A stretch of DNA of 64,000 nt from a virus, in IMG/VR virus record IMGVR_UViG_3300005573_000057, positions 64,001 through 128,000 of that record; one strand, given 5' to 3'. Each line of letters begins with the position of its first letter. The stretch's first letter is position 1. The notes beneath the pieces are model-generated. The model worked only from the letters and a program-made list of their open reading frames with translations. It had not been told where the DNA came from and ran no database searches. This document shows, one piece after another, positions 43,930 through 53,736 of the stretch. The translations under genes and the position numbers were made by a program.

Positions 43930-44208
43930 TTAATCGGTGGTGCAGTTGATGGTTTCATCTCGTGCTTGCCAGCCAGCAATGAAATAGCTTCCTTGAATGT
44001 CGAACCATCCTTCATCCGATCCGTATACTCGCACAAAATCTGATCTAATTTTGTCGTGAACTCCATCTTCTTCTGGTGTTTCGCCATGATCAGATTCGTG
44101 ACAATAATCGGGTGGTGGCGTCTGATCTACAGGTTCAATCCAGCTTGGACAGCCGCAGTATTTACAGCGGTATGGAGGATTGTTGATGCGTTTTGGTAGT
44201 GTTGTCAT
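43930..44208 (-). CDS. Hypothetical protein with CxxC/CH zinc-binding motif
   Basis: CKYCG...PPPDYCHE. Confidence 0.6.
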   Translation of the reverse strand: MTTLPKRINNPPYRCKYCGCPSWIEPVDQTPPPDYCHESDHGETPEEDGVHDKIRSDFVRVYGSDEGWFDIQGSYFIAGWQARDETINCTTD

Positions 44209-44209
44209 T

Positions 44210-44590
44210 TTATTTCACCGGGATCTGTTCGACGGGCCACTTATCTTTTTTCAAATTTTCAGAAAACTCTACTTCGTCTTCAACCTCAACGCCTTTTGCC
44301 CAATAACTCGGAAGGCAGTACGGAATTTTTTTGGTATTTAGAACGACAACCTTGGATTCGCCAAACTGACTTGCAGTTACATCCACAATGTAGTCGCCAA
44401 CTACAACAAAGCAGTGACCATGATTGTACTTGATCTTGGATTGAAAGCCAACCTTTTTGAGCGCCTTATGCAACAAAAATGCACCGTGAGCACACATCCC
44501 GACAAGGTTTTGTTTGAATCCCTTCTCAACAGCAACAGCTTCGACTTCCTTACGAACTTCTCTTGCTACACTGATCAACTCGTCTTTCAT
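44210..44590 (-). CDS. Hypothetical protein, transglutaminase/papain-like C-H-D pattern
   Basis: GMC...GHCF...IVDVTASQF. Confidence 0.6.
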   Translation of the reverse strand: MKDELISVAREVRKEVEAVAVEKGFKQNLVGMCAHGAFLLHKALKKVGFQSKIKYNHGHCFVVVGDYIVDVTASQFGESKVVVLNTKKIPYCLPSYWAKGVEVEDEVEFSENLKKDKWPVEQIPVK

Positions 44591-44596
44591 GATCTA

Positions 44597-44680
44597 TTCC
44601 TTATCAATGTCTACAGCTAAAGTATAGACGATGGTCTTCGATTGTCAAGCTTGACATTGAAACAAGTTGTGAGATACAAT
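44597..44680. promoter_or_regulatory. Back-to-back sigma70 promoters sharing the palindrome TGTCAAGCTTGACA
   Basis: Leftward TTGACA..TATACT with the early-cassette leader; rightward TTGACA-18-TACAAT; marks the strand switch. Confidence 0.75.
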
Positions 44681-44794
44681 GGCATCGTGTTCAGAAATTC
44701 GGTTCTTCCATCTATGAAGAAAAGCTATCGAACATTTGCTTTCGATGAAATTTTTAAATGATAGTCAAAAAGTTGAACTTTTTCACTAACTACA

Positions 44795-45095
44795 GTATCG
44801 AAGCAAGATTGACAGGTTGAATCACCTCGTAACAGAAGATTCCAATACAGATGTTGTTTGTTGGCATCTGGGTTCATTGTAATACAACAACCGTGATAGG
44901 ACAAGACCTTACTGTTCCACGGAAAAGTCGAAGTCAGGCATCTTCATCCCCAATCGACTCTAAATAATCACCGGATTCTCGTAGTGTCGCTTGGTAGAAG
45001 CCCAACCATTTAGAGAATCCAAAAACCATAGGTTTCTGTGACGCGGATAACGGCGCACCTTCTTTCCCTATGTTTCACAATTTTTGTGAAGAACT
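44795..45095 (+). ncRNA. Candidate structured noncoding RNA
   Basis: No long ORF; six consecutive inverted repeats; downstream of a sigma70 promoter and a CTAACTAC motif. Confidence 0.4.
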
Positions 45096-45230
45096 ACAAA
45101 AAGACCGGGATGCATTTCATAGTTTTCCTTTATTGTCCGTTCTAAAGTTCTTCCAAAATAAAAAAAACTACCTTTCCTAAAGAAAATAGTTGTTCTCTAA
45201 AGAAACTAAAGTAAAAAACAAAATAAAATC

Positions 45231-45600
45231 ACCAGATAACTAGAGACCACTAAGTAAACCAAGGAACCAAGGAACCAGAGACCACTAAAGACCACTAAAG
45301 ACCACTAAGTAAACCAAGGAACCAAGGAACCAGAGACCACTAAGTAAACCAAGGAACCAAGGAACCAGAGACCACTAGAGATTACTAAAGGCCACTAGAG
45401 ACCACTAGAGATTACTAAAGTCCACTAGAGACCACTAAAGACCATTAGAGAGCCGACAGTGACCTATAGACCAGTAGAGAATAGGAAATTAGTAGACCAC
45501 TAGAGATTACTAAAGGCCACTAAAGGCCACTAGAGACCACTAGAGACCACTAAAGACCACTAAAGACCACTAAAGAGTCTATAGTGACCTCTAGGCCCAT
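45231..45600. repeat. Tandem 10-nt repeats (ACCACTARAG) interleaved with 8-nt AACCAAGG repeats; possible replication origin
   Basis: Many degenerate ACCACTAGAG/ACCACTAAAG units and three copies of ACCACTAAGTAAACCAAGGAACCAAGGAACCAGAG; adjacent A-rich tract at 45150-45230. Confidence 0.85.
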
Positions 45601-45865
45601 GAAGTTACGTCCTAAATTTTTGTCTTAACACAGATTAAAAACGCTGTAGCGTTTGATACTGATTGACATGGTGAAACCATAGTAGGTCTTGAAGCGCACT
45701 GCAAAACATCAGTTCCGGTTGTTTTTTTCTTTTTCACCAAAAGACCCAATTTTTGAAGAATGCGGTATCTTGAAACCCTTGACCGCGTGTGTAACAAAAT
45801 GTAACAAAAGTGTTTCTCAAAGGTCTACATAACTACTTGAACTTATTTCAACGCCTCTCTCCACC

Positions 45866-46393
45866 ATGATTTCCAACACCGATTTTGCAACTGTCAACAG
45901 TTATCAACTTACGATTTCCAAACTTCCCGGAGTTGGGTTTTTTTGCGTCAAAGCTTCATTGCCGGGTATCCGTCTTCCAAGTTTAGCTCAATACAGTCCC
46001 TATAAACCCATTCCTCAAGCCGGTTCTGAAATGACTTTAGAACCGTTTTCTGTTGACTTTTATATTGATCGGATGTATAATAATTATATTGCGGCAATGA
46101 ATTGGATCTTGGCGCTTGGAAGAACTGATGATACTCAATATCAGAATTTCTTGATTTCAAACAACGTATCGTCCCCTCTTGGAGAAGGATTGGTAGATTC
46201 GAGTGATGGGTCTCTCATTGTTCTGACAACCAATAACAACCCCGCACTTGAAATCGTCTATCACAACTTGATCCCGGTTTCTCTAGGAACCCCATACCAA
46301 GCTACGAGTGTTGGAACGGATGTTCAGTATCTCCAAGCCACCATGACGTTTGAATATACAGACTTCACTTTGAATCAACTAGGTGGAGCGTAA
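45866..46393 (+). CDS. Tail tube terminator gp3-like / tail-tube-family protein
   Basis: LP.V.FFC..A.LPGI, NY.....WI, SDGSL, P.SL and ATMTFEY; T4-like synteny with uvsY/uvsW. Confidence 0.8.
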   Translation: MISNTDFATVNSYQLTISKLPGVGFFCVKASLPGIRLPSLAQYSPYKPIPQAGSEMTLEPFSVDFYIDRMYNNYIAAMNWILALGRTDDTQYQNFLISNNVSSPLGEGLVDSSDGSLIVLTTNNNPALEIVYHNLIPVSLGTPYQATSVGTDVQYLQATMTFEYTDFTLNQLGGA

Positions 46394-46410
46394 CCTTTTG
46401 TGGGAATTCA

Positions 46411-46860
46411 ATGTTTCAAAGTATCGAAGAATTAAAGCAAGCTTGGGAAGCTGATTCAAAGATAGACATTCGAAACCTTGGTGTTGAAAGCATCAAGTCG
46501 CCATCAATTCATTCAAAATATCTGTCTGAATACATTGACGCAAAGAAACGTATCATCAAAACTCAGTCCGACTACAACATCCTTGTTGGAAAAAAGGTAC
46601 GTTACTGGCGTGGTGAAATGAGTCCAGAAGAAGTTGCCGAACTTGGGTGGAACCAGTGGCAGTATAACAAAATTGCTATGGGACAAATTGATCAAATGGT
46701 TGATGCAGATGAAGAATTGTCGGTCATGTCAAGCAAGCTTAATTACTGGAAGTTATATGCAGATGCAGCAGAACGCATTTTGACCTCAGTAAAGCAACGT
46801 GACTTTTCAATTTCAAACGCAATCAAGTTTATTCTTCACATGAATGGGGAACAGGTTTGA
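46411..46860 (+). CDS. uvsY: Recombination mediator UvsY
   Basis: W..DSKID...L..ES...P.IHSKYL, Y.G, D.DE and R.F.I.NAI. Confidence 0.9.
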   Translation: MFQSIEELKQAWEADSKIDIRNLGVESIKSPSIHSKYLSEYIDAKKRIIKTQSDYNILVGKKVRYWRGEMSPEEVAELGWNQWQYNKIAMGQIDQMVDADEELSVMSSKLNYWKLYADAAERILTSVKQRDFSISNAIKFILHMNGEQV

Positions 46861-48386
46861 ACGGCTTCGAAGACGATACAATTTATGTTTCACCTTTCAA
46901 CGAAGCCTTTATTCGTGTGCGTGGCACCGAAGCGGTTGAAATGCATCTATCGGATCACCTGAAATTTCGTTCTCCAACTGCAAGATGGTCTAAAAAGGTC
47001 AAGATGCGCCTACAAACGGGCGATGTGTATCTGTACAACCGCAAAGACCATCTTGTTTTGAAAGGTTTGTACAATCGAATCCTACTATTTGCTAGGGTTA
47101 ACAACTACAAAATCAAATCGACGTTGACTGATGAAGCAACTGTTCCTATGGAACGTGCTGAATCGTATGCATCAAAGGTCTTGGTCAACATTAAAGACAA
47201 AGGTGCTGTTCACCTTGACAAATATCAACAGGATGCGGTAGCCAAAGCAATCCACTACGAACGATTGTTGTTGCTCTCTCCTACATCATCCGGGAAATCG
47301 GCAATGATGTACGCAATGGTTCGATGGTACTTGTCATACAAGAAGCGCATCGTGATCATTGTTCCGTCAACATGGCTTGTTGACCAGATGTATCAGGATT
47401 TTGTCCAGTATGCAAAGGACATAGACCCAAAATTCGATCCAGAAAAAACCTTTCACCGTCTATACAGTGGGCAACCCAGAAAATTTTCTCAACCATGTTT
47501 GATTACGACATGGCAGACTCTAAGCCTTTTGGAAACAAAATTTTTCAACGGCTTCGATGTGATTATTGGGGATGAAGCTCACGGATTCAATGCTAAGGTT
47601 TTGTCGTTGATGATGAAAACCAATGTACGTTCAAAAGTACGGATTGGAATGACCGGGACAATAGATGACCTCAAAGTGCATCTTTATAATCTGGAAGGAT
47701 ATTTTGGGCCAACCTATCAGGTTAGCACAACAAAAACACTGATGGATGAAGGTCGGGTTAGTCAACTATCTATTGAGTTTATTTGTCTAAACTACAAAAA
47801 CTTTGATCAACTGTTGGAGTCGAAAGGATATGCTTCAAAGCATCGACTTGAATATACCGAAGAAGTTGATCTAATTCAGAATGTTCAAAAAAGAACCGAT
47901 TTTATTGCTCAACTTGGTGCTAAAGTCATTAAAGGTACGACTCTGATCTTATTTCAGAACATTGCTCACGGAAAGGCCATTGTAGAATCTTTGAAAGCTA
48001 TGAATCTTGATGACATTGATGTGCATTACATCGACGGTCAAGTTGAAGTCGATGGCAGGCAGGAAATCAAGTCGATTGTCGAATCGAGCAAACGTCATGT
48101 CATTGTTGCAAGCTATGGAGTTTTGCGTCAAGGGGTTTCAATTCCATCCATTGATGCTATCATTTTTGCCCACCCAACGAAAAGCAAGATACGCAGTCTT
48201 CAATCCATTGGTCGGGGACTTCGCCTGAAAGACGGTAAATCGTCTTGTACCCTTTACGATATTGTTGACATTTTTTCAAGTGCTGGCAGAGCAAGCTATT
48301 GCTCGGTGCATGGTAGGGAACGTGCATCTTTTTATCAGGCCGAACAGTTCGATATGAATATACGGCGTTTGAACCTTGAATTGTAG
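46857..48386 (+). CDS. uvsW: SF2 helicase UvsW
   Basis: SPTSSGKS, DEAH, GMTGT and LQSIGRGLR. Confidence 0.95.
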   Translation: MNGFEDDTIYVSPFNEAFIRVRGTEAVEMHLSDHLKFRSPTARWSKKVKMRLQTGDVYLYNRKDHLVLKGLYNRILLFARVNNYKIKSTLTDEATVPMERAESYASKVLVNIKDKGAVHLDKYQQDAVAKAIHYERLLLLSPTSSGKSAMMYAMVRWYLSYKKRIVIIVPSTWLVDQMYQDFVQYAKDIDPKFDPEKTFHRLYSGQPRKFSQPCLITTWQTLSLLETKFFNGFDVIIGDEAHGFNAKVLSLMMKTNVRSKVRIGMTGTIDDLKVHLYNLEGYFGPTYQVSTTKTLMDEGRVSQLSIEFICLNYKNFDQLLESKGYASKHRLEYTEEVDLIQNVQKRTDFIAQLGAKVIKGTTLILFQNIAHGKAIVESLKAMNLDDIDVHYIDGQVEVDGRQEIKSIVESSKRHVIVASYGVLRQGVSIPSIDAIIFAHPTKSKIRSLQSIGRGLRLKDGKSSCTLYDIVDIFSSAGRASYCSVHGRERASFYQAEQFDMNIRRLNLEL

Positions 48387-48439
48387 CATTTCAATCTATG
48401 TCGTGGTATACTTTATCCTAGTTTTATAAAGGATACAAA

Positions 48440-49054
48440 ATGAAATCAAAACCAAAAAGAGAAAAGGCCGAAGGGCATAAAGCGGCATCCCATTATGTCG
48501 ATAATCGGGAGTTTCTCAAGGCTCTCCAAGAGTATCATCAGGAGTTGAAAACTAATCCCAACGCCCGAGTAAGCGAGTTCATTGGGGAATGTATCCTCAA
48601 AATATGTTCTGGAGTGTCTAAAAAGTATCAGTTCAATAATGAAATCAATCATCGCTACATCAATGATATGGTTGGTGATGCTGTTTTGGTTTGCCTACGG
48701 GCTGTTCCGAAGTTTGATTCGTCAATGAATACAAGCGCATTCAGTTATTTTACGACTTGCGCGGAACGTGCATTCCTGCATCGTATCGAAGGCGAAACCA
48801 ATCAAGTGATGATTCAGTACAAGGTGATCGTTGATTACTTTGATGAAATGGGAGAAATTCCAGACGGATTTTCAGAAGATGATGCTGCGATTCGCAGTGA
48901 AGGCATTGATACTGATCAAGTCGAAAACATGCGGCAAAAAATTCTTCAAAAGGAACTTGCGCATATGCAGAAAATCAAAAAGGTCAAACCGCTGACTCCA
49001 TTGGAAGAACTGGACAGCATTGATGATCTCGAAGGATTGGAGGATTTCGTTTGA
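48440..49054 (+). CDS. gp55: Late sigma factor gp55
   Basis: HYVDNREF, IGECILKI, DMVGD and AFSYFT....AFLHRI. Confidence 0.92.
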   Translation: MKSKPKREKAEGHKAASHYVDNREFLKALQEYHQELKTNPNARVSEFIGECILKICSGVSKKYQFNNEINHRYINDMVGDAVLVCLRAVPKFDSSMNTSAFSYFTTCAERAFLHRIEGETNQVMIQYKVIVDYFDEMGEIPDGFSEDDAAIRSEGIDTDQVENMRQKILQKELAHMQKIKKVKPLTPLEELDSIDDLEGLEDFV

Positions 49055-50133
49055 AGGTCGCCATTCTAGGGGATCTTCATTTTGGGGCCAGTGGCGATTC
49101 GGCTCGGATGCACGCTTACCAAAAGCGCTTTTTTGAGGAATGCCTTTTCCCTACTCTCAAAGAACGCAACGTTGAGCACATCTTTCAGCTAGGGGATGTG
49201 TTTGATCGACGGAAGTTCATCAATTACTATACGATGGCAATGTCGTATCAGAACTTCTTTCATCCTCTTGAGAAAAATGGCTTGAGGATGATTACGATTG
49301 TTGGCAATCACGATATGTTCTGGAAAGACGATATGAGCATCAATTCTCATTCGCTCTTGTTGTCTGATTACAAGAATATTCAGTCAATCTCCAAGCCAAC
49401 AGTGATCAATGTAAAGGGTTGTCGATTCGCCTTTGTTCCGTGGATTTGCAAAAGCAATCAAGCAGAAGTGACAGAATTCCTCAAAAATTGCAACGCTGAT
49501 GTATGCATGGGCCACTTTGAAATCGAAGGATTTTCGATGAACAAAGGGAGTGCTCCTGGAAGTGGTTTGTCTCCGAAGGTTTTTGAACGGTTCGATCATA
49601 CGTTTTCTGGTCACTACCATACTCACTCAATCCAAGACAACATCATCTATACTGGCACCCCTTATGAGTTGACGTGGATTGATGCTGATGATCCCAAGTG
49701 TTTTTTCATCTATGACACGGATGCCCGTACTTACGAAAAGATCATCAACCCCTTTACATTGTTTGAAAACTTGTGGTACAATCCAGCATTAGATACAAAA
49801 ATGTATCTTAAACAAGAACTCGAAGGAAAGTATGTAAAACTTCATATCGCTTCTGATGCTCCAGTGACAGACTGGAACCACTTCAACAAATGTGTCTCGG
49901 AAATTACGGATTCGGCACCTTCTGAACTGAAAGTGTCGGATCACTCTGTTGTAAAGTCTTCTGAACAAGCTTCCGAAGATGTAGATGATGCAACCAACGT
50001 TCTCAGTGCAATCAAAACGAACATTGATATGGTTGTATCTGACGATGCTATTCGATCTGATTTGTTTTCTTACATGAACGGCGTATACGAAACCGCACTC
50101 GAAACAATCGTTGACAAAGATGGTGGCCTGTGA
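49051..50133 (+). CDS. gp47: Mre11-like nuclease gp47
   Basis: GDLHFG, GDVFDRRK, GNHD, GHFE and SGHYH. Confidence 0.95.
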   Translation: MKVAILGDLHFGASGDSARMHAYQKRFFEECLFPTLKERNVEHIFQLGDVFDRRKFINYYTMAMSYQNFFHPLEKNGLRMITIVGNHDMFWKDDMSINSHSLLLSDYKNIQSISKPTVINVKGCRFAFVPWICKSNQAEVTEFLKNCNADVCMGHFEIEGFSMNKGSAPGSGLSPKVFERFDHTFSGHYHTHSIQDNIIYTGTPYELTWIDADDPKCFFIYDTDARTYEKIINPFTLFENLWYNPALDTKMYLKQELEGKYVKLHIASDAPVTDWNHFNKCVSEITDSAPSELKVSDHSVVKSSEQASEDVDDATNVLSAIKTNIDMVVSDDAIRSDLFSYMNGVYETALETIVDKDGGL

Positions 50134-51842
50134 AATTTCATAAAATCGAATTCAAGAATTTTTTATCCTATGGCGCTGCACCTACTGTCATCAATCTTGA
50201 CTATGATGGAATTACGTGCATTGTGGGTCGCAATGGTGCTGGAAAATCCTCTATACTTGAAGCTATCTGTTTTGCTTTGTTCGGTAAAGCGTATCGAGCA
50301 ATCAACAAAGGCGATCTGGTCAATACGGTCAACAAAAAAGAAAGCCTAGTCACTCTCTATTTGAGTCACAAGGGGCACGATTACCGCATTGTGCGTGGCA
50401 TGTCGCCAAACGTCTTTGAAATTTATGACAATGATGTTTTGATTCCGATTCCCCCCGATGTGCGCGAATATCAGAACAAGTTGCAAGCGTTGTTGCGAAT
50501 CAACTACAAAAACTTTACCCAGAGTATTTTTATCGGGAATGCAGGATTTACACCGTTTATTCAACTAAGTGCCGCTGAACGAAGGAAAGTTGTTGATAAT
50601 CTTCTTGATATTGATGTGCTTGGCGTAATGCTAACCAACGTCACAAAGGATCTATCAGCAACGGTTACACGCATTGCCGAATCGAAAAACACTATTGTAA
50701 AGAACAAGATCGAAGTTGATGGATACCAACAAGTCATTGATGTAATCAAGAATCAACAAACTTCCTTGGTCAATGAACTCGACTCCAAGATCGAATCTTT
50801 GGATGCTGAAATAGCATCTTTGGGAGGGCGCCTAGATGGGCATACAACGGCTTTGCAGATTGCCAAGGATGGGTTGGCCTTGGTTGATAAACAAATCGAA
50901 TCCGAAGTATCTGGAAAGACTGCCGAAATCAACAAACTCAAGTGGGAAATTCAGCAATTCAAAGTGTCCATCGAAAAGATGGGAACCGATACAATTTGCC
51001 CACACTGCTATCAATCCGTATCGGAAGAACATCGGCAAAAAGTTAGGGATGGGTTCGAATCGTCTTTGAATGAGTTGACACCAAAATTGAAGTTGTTGAC
51101 CAAAGAACGTGATGAAAAAGAGTTCGAGTATGCAGAAAAGCGCAAAGAATTTGAAGCAACGGTAACAGCAGAAAGATCGGAAATTTCTACCATCAATGGC
51201 ATCATAGCTGAAAAAAAGAAAACAAAATCTGGTCTTCTTGAAGAAAAGAAAAAAGCGTCCTCGAACAACTCGGAGTTGCTGGAAGATACAAAAAAGAAGA
51301 TGAAGGATGTGATTGATCGTACCAACGCAATATTGAAAGAACGAAAGAAAGACATTCAATTGCAAGGCATTCAAGAACAAGCCCAACAACTCTTACGAGA
51401 CAGTGGCATCAAAAGCTACATTATCGGAAAATACCTTCCTATGATCAATAACAGCATCAATGAACGCCTTGATGCAATGGAGTTCCCTGCTACATTCGCA
51501 TTCGACAACGAATTCAAGGAACGGATCTTTATTCGACGCCGTGACGATGTTTCATATTTTTCTTTGAGTCAGGGCGAACGCCAGCGCGTTGATATGGCGA
51601 TCCTTTTTACTCTCAGACATATCGCGGCACGCATTCATGGTGCAGATTCTAATTTGTTGATTCTGGATGAAACTTTTGATAGTTCATTGGACGATACAGC
51701 GTGCAACTATCTACTTAAACACCTCAAAGAACACGAAAAATCTGTGGTGATCATTACCCATAACGATTCTGTTGCAGAACAAGCAGACCGACTTTTGACA
51801 GTCAAAAAGAACGGCAACTTTAGCGAGATTAAAATTGAATAA
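50130..51842 (+). CDS. gp46: Rad50-like ATPase gp46
   Basis: KNFLSYG, GRNGAGKS, zinc hook CPHC, signature SQGE and LILDE. Confidence 0.95.
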   Translation: MKFHKIEFKNFLSYGAAPTVINLDYDGITCIVGRNGAGKSSILEAICFALFGKAYRAINKGDLVNTVNKKESLVTLYLSHKGHDYRIVRGMSPNVFEIYDNDVLIPIPPDVREYQNKLQALLRINYKNFTQSIFIGNAGFTPFIQLSAAERRKVVDNLLDIDVLGVMLTNVTKDLSATVTRIAESKNTIVKNKIEVDGYQQVIDVIKNQQTSLVNELDSKIESLDAEIASLGGRLDGHTTALQIAKDGLALVDKQIESEVSGKTAEINKLKWEIQQFKVSIEKMGTDTICPHCYQSVSEEHRQKVRDGFESSLNELTPKLKLLTKERDEKEFEYAEKRKEFEATVTAERSEISTINGIIAEKKKTKSGLLEEKKKASSNNSELLEDTKKKMKDVIDRTNAILKERKKDIQLQGIQEQAQQLLRDSGIKSYIIGKYLPMINNSINERLDAMEFPATFAFDNEFKERIFIRRRDDVSYFSLSQGERQRVDMAILFTLRHIAARIHGADSNLLILDETFDSSLDDTACNYLLKHLKEHEKSVVIITHNDSVAEQADRLLTVKKNGNFSEIKIE

Positions 51843-52842
51843 AAAAACTATTTTGCTTCATCCAGCAGATGAACAAGGATGCGGAAATTATCGAGTTATT
51901 CAGCGCGGAGTGATGTGGAACACGCACTATGCGCCAACCAACGACTTTTTCTGTAAACAGTCTTTTCATTATTTGAACAGAGAAACTCTGTTGACAGAAA
52001 ATGTAAAAATTGCTTTTTATCAAAGACAAAATACGGTAGAACAAGTTAAACACATCGAATTCTACAAAGATATGGGAATTCGGCTAATCAATGATACAGA
52101 CGATCTTTTGTGGAAGATTCCGCCGTCTAATCCGGTCAAAAGTGCATATGGGGTAGAAGCAGTCAAATCATTGAAACGGTCAATGCAACTCGCTGATATA
52201 AACACAGCTAGTACGATTCCGCTTGCTCAAGAAATCAAGCGATTTTCTGGAAATAGTAGCATCGTCATTCCAAATTTTGTGTTTCCCAACTTTTTTGTTA
52301 AAGAACCAAAGCGGCGATTGCCGGATAAAAAGTTTGTTGTTGTATGGGCCGGGTCTCAAACTCATGATGAAGATTTGTCACCGCTGTTTCAAGTTGCCGC
52401 AGAAATGAATGATATTGAGTTTCGTATCATTGGATACAAGCCCAAAGGATTCAGAGAAGTTTCGAACATTGTTTATGTTTCGGGTGTATCATTCGTTGAT
52501 TATGACGCTCTTTTGAAAATAGCTACTGCTGATGCATCACTGGCTCTTGCTCCTTTACATCCATCACTTTTCAATGAGTGTAAAAGCAATTTGAAACTTT
52601 TAGAGTATGGTTCTCAAGGATTGCCAGTTATTTCATCGGACATTTACCCATATCAAGACAACCCGTATCGAGTTGAATGGAACAAAAAACAATGGAAAAA
52701 ATGGGTAGACCTGATTCGATTTTTCAAAGATAACGAAGAAGAACGGTTCAAAGCCGCCGAAGCATCACTTGCTTATGCAAGGAAATTTGCTGCTGATCAT
52801 CCCGACAATCTACAGCAACTCAAAAACCTTTTTTCACTTTAG
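51835..52842 (+). CDS. GT-B fold glycosyltransferase
   Basis: GCGNYRV, DTDD, WAGS.TH..D and APL....FNECKSNLKLLEY. Confidence 0.85.
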   Translation: MNKKTILLHPADEQGCGNYRVIQRGVMWNTHYAPTNDFFCKQSFHYLNRETLLTENVKIAFYQRQNTVEQVKHIEFYKDMGIRLINDTDDLLWKIPPSNPVKSAYGVEAVKSLKRSMQLADINTASTIPLAQEIKRFSGNSSIVIPNFVFPNFFVKEPKRRLPDKKFVVVWAGSQTHDEDLSPLFQVAAEMNDIEFRIIGYKPKGFREVSNIVYVSGVSFVDYDALLKIATADASLALAPLHPSLFNECKSNLKLLEYGSQGLPVISSDIYPYQDNPYRVEWNKKQWKKWVDLIRFFKDNEEERFKAAEASLAYARKFAADHPDNLQQLKNLFSL

Positions 52843-52852
52843 GATACATATC

Positions 52853-53293
52853 ATGGAAAATCAACAAAACGAAGAACTTCAAGCAGATCTTTCAATGGAA
52901 GATTTTTGGAAAACTGCCGTGTTCGCTGCCGAAACTTGTCACAATGTCAATCGTGTGTATTGTCAATCCTTGGGCGATTATAGCCAACCGACATGGGATG
53001 ATGCTGACGATGAAACTAAAGCCACTGCAATCACTGTAGTAGTAAGCATTGTAACTCATGGCCGGGATGCAAGCCCTCAAAAGTCCCATGAATCGTGGAT
53101 GAATTCCAAGAAACTTGATGGATGGGTCTATGGCGAAGTCAAGGATGCAAAAAAGAAAACACATCCTTGCATGGTTCCCTACAGTGAACTTCCTCCTGAG
53201 CAAAAGTTCAAAGACGAACTTTTCTACACGATTGTTCGCACGTTTTTTCCATTGAGCAAAGAAGTAGAGGAAAGTCGCATCATCACGCTCTGA
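52853..53293 (+). CDS. Stand-alone RyR-domain protein
   Basis: HESWM..K..DGWVYG..KD..KKTHPCMVPY.ELP.EQK.KD. Confidence 0.85.
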   Translation: MENQQNEELQADLSMEDFWKTAVFAAETCHNVNRVYCQSLGDYSQPTWDDADDETKATAITVVVSIVTHGRDASPQKSHESWMNSKKLDGWVYGEVKDAKKKTHPCMVPYSELPPEQKFKDELFYTIVRTFFPLSKEVEESRIITL

Positions 53294-53310
53294 ATAGGTT
53301 TTCTAACTAC

Positions 53311-53733
53311 ATGATGGAAAAAACATTCAAAAAATATCTACAAGAAATGTCACGGAGCACAGCGCGGGGTGTCGAAGCGCAATTGAACGCCATTGTTGCC
53401 GACACTCCGTTTGACATTGTGTTCACGAACCATTTTTATGATCGTCTGGAAGGACGAGAAGATTCGGTGACGCCCGCCGAACTGGTTTCATCTTTCGAAA
53501 AGTTCTTTCGGAAGTTTCACGAAACTCTTACAACGATGGTGGGTAAGACACATGCCGAAATTGCTGTGATCCTCAAAGATTATGCATCCAAGCTGAACAT
53601 TCCTCTGGAAATTGAAGCCGGTAAAAAGGATAGCATGGGCAAATACACCATCCTTGGAATTACGATCATGCGCAAGAATCCCCGCGAGTTCCGTAGTAGC
53701 GGGAGAAGTGAAAAGCAGTTCGATGTGTATTGA
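53311..53733 (+). CDS. Putative internal head protein (capsid-targeting N-terminus)
   Basis: KTFKKYLQE start; FTNHFYDR...LNIP...TIMRK core; late motif upstream. Confidence 0.7.
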   Translation: MMEKTFKKYLQEMSRSTARGVEAQLNAIVADTPFDIVFTNHFYDRLEGREDSVTPAELVSSFEKFFRKFHETLTTMVGKTHAEIAVILKDYASKLNIPLEIEAGKKDSMGKYTILGITIMRKNPREFRSSGRSEKQFDVY

Positions 53734-53736
53734 AAG

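Noticed and set aside
45231-45600. CRISPR array
   Set aside because: Units are 8-10 nt tandem repeats; the three longer blocks are separated by more repeat units or nothing rather than unique spacers; no cas genes.
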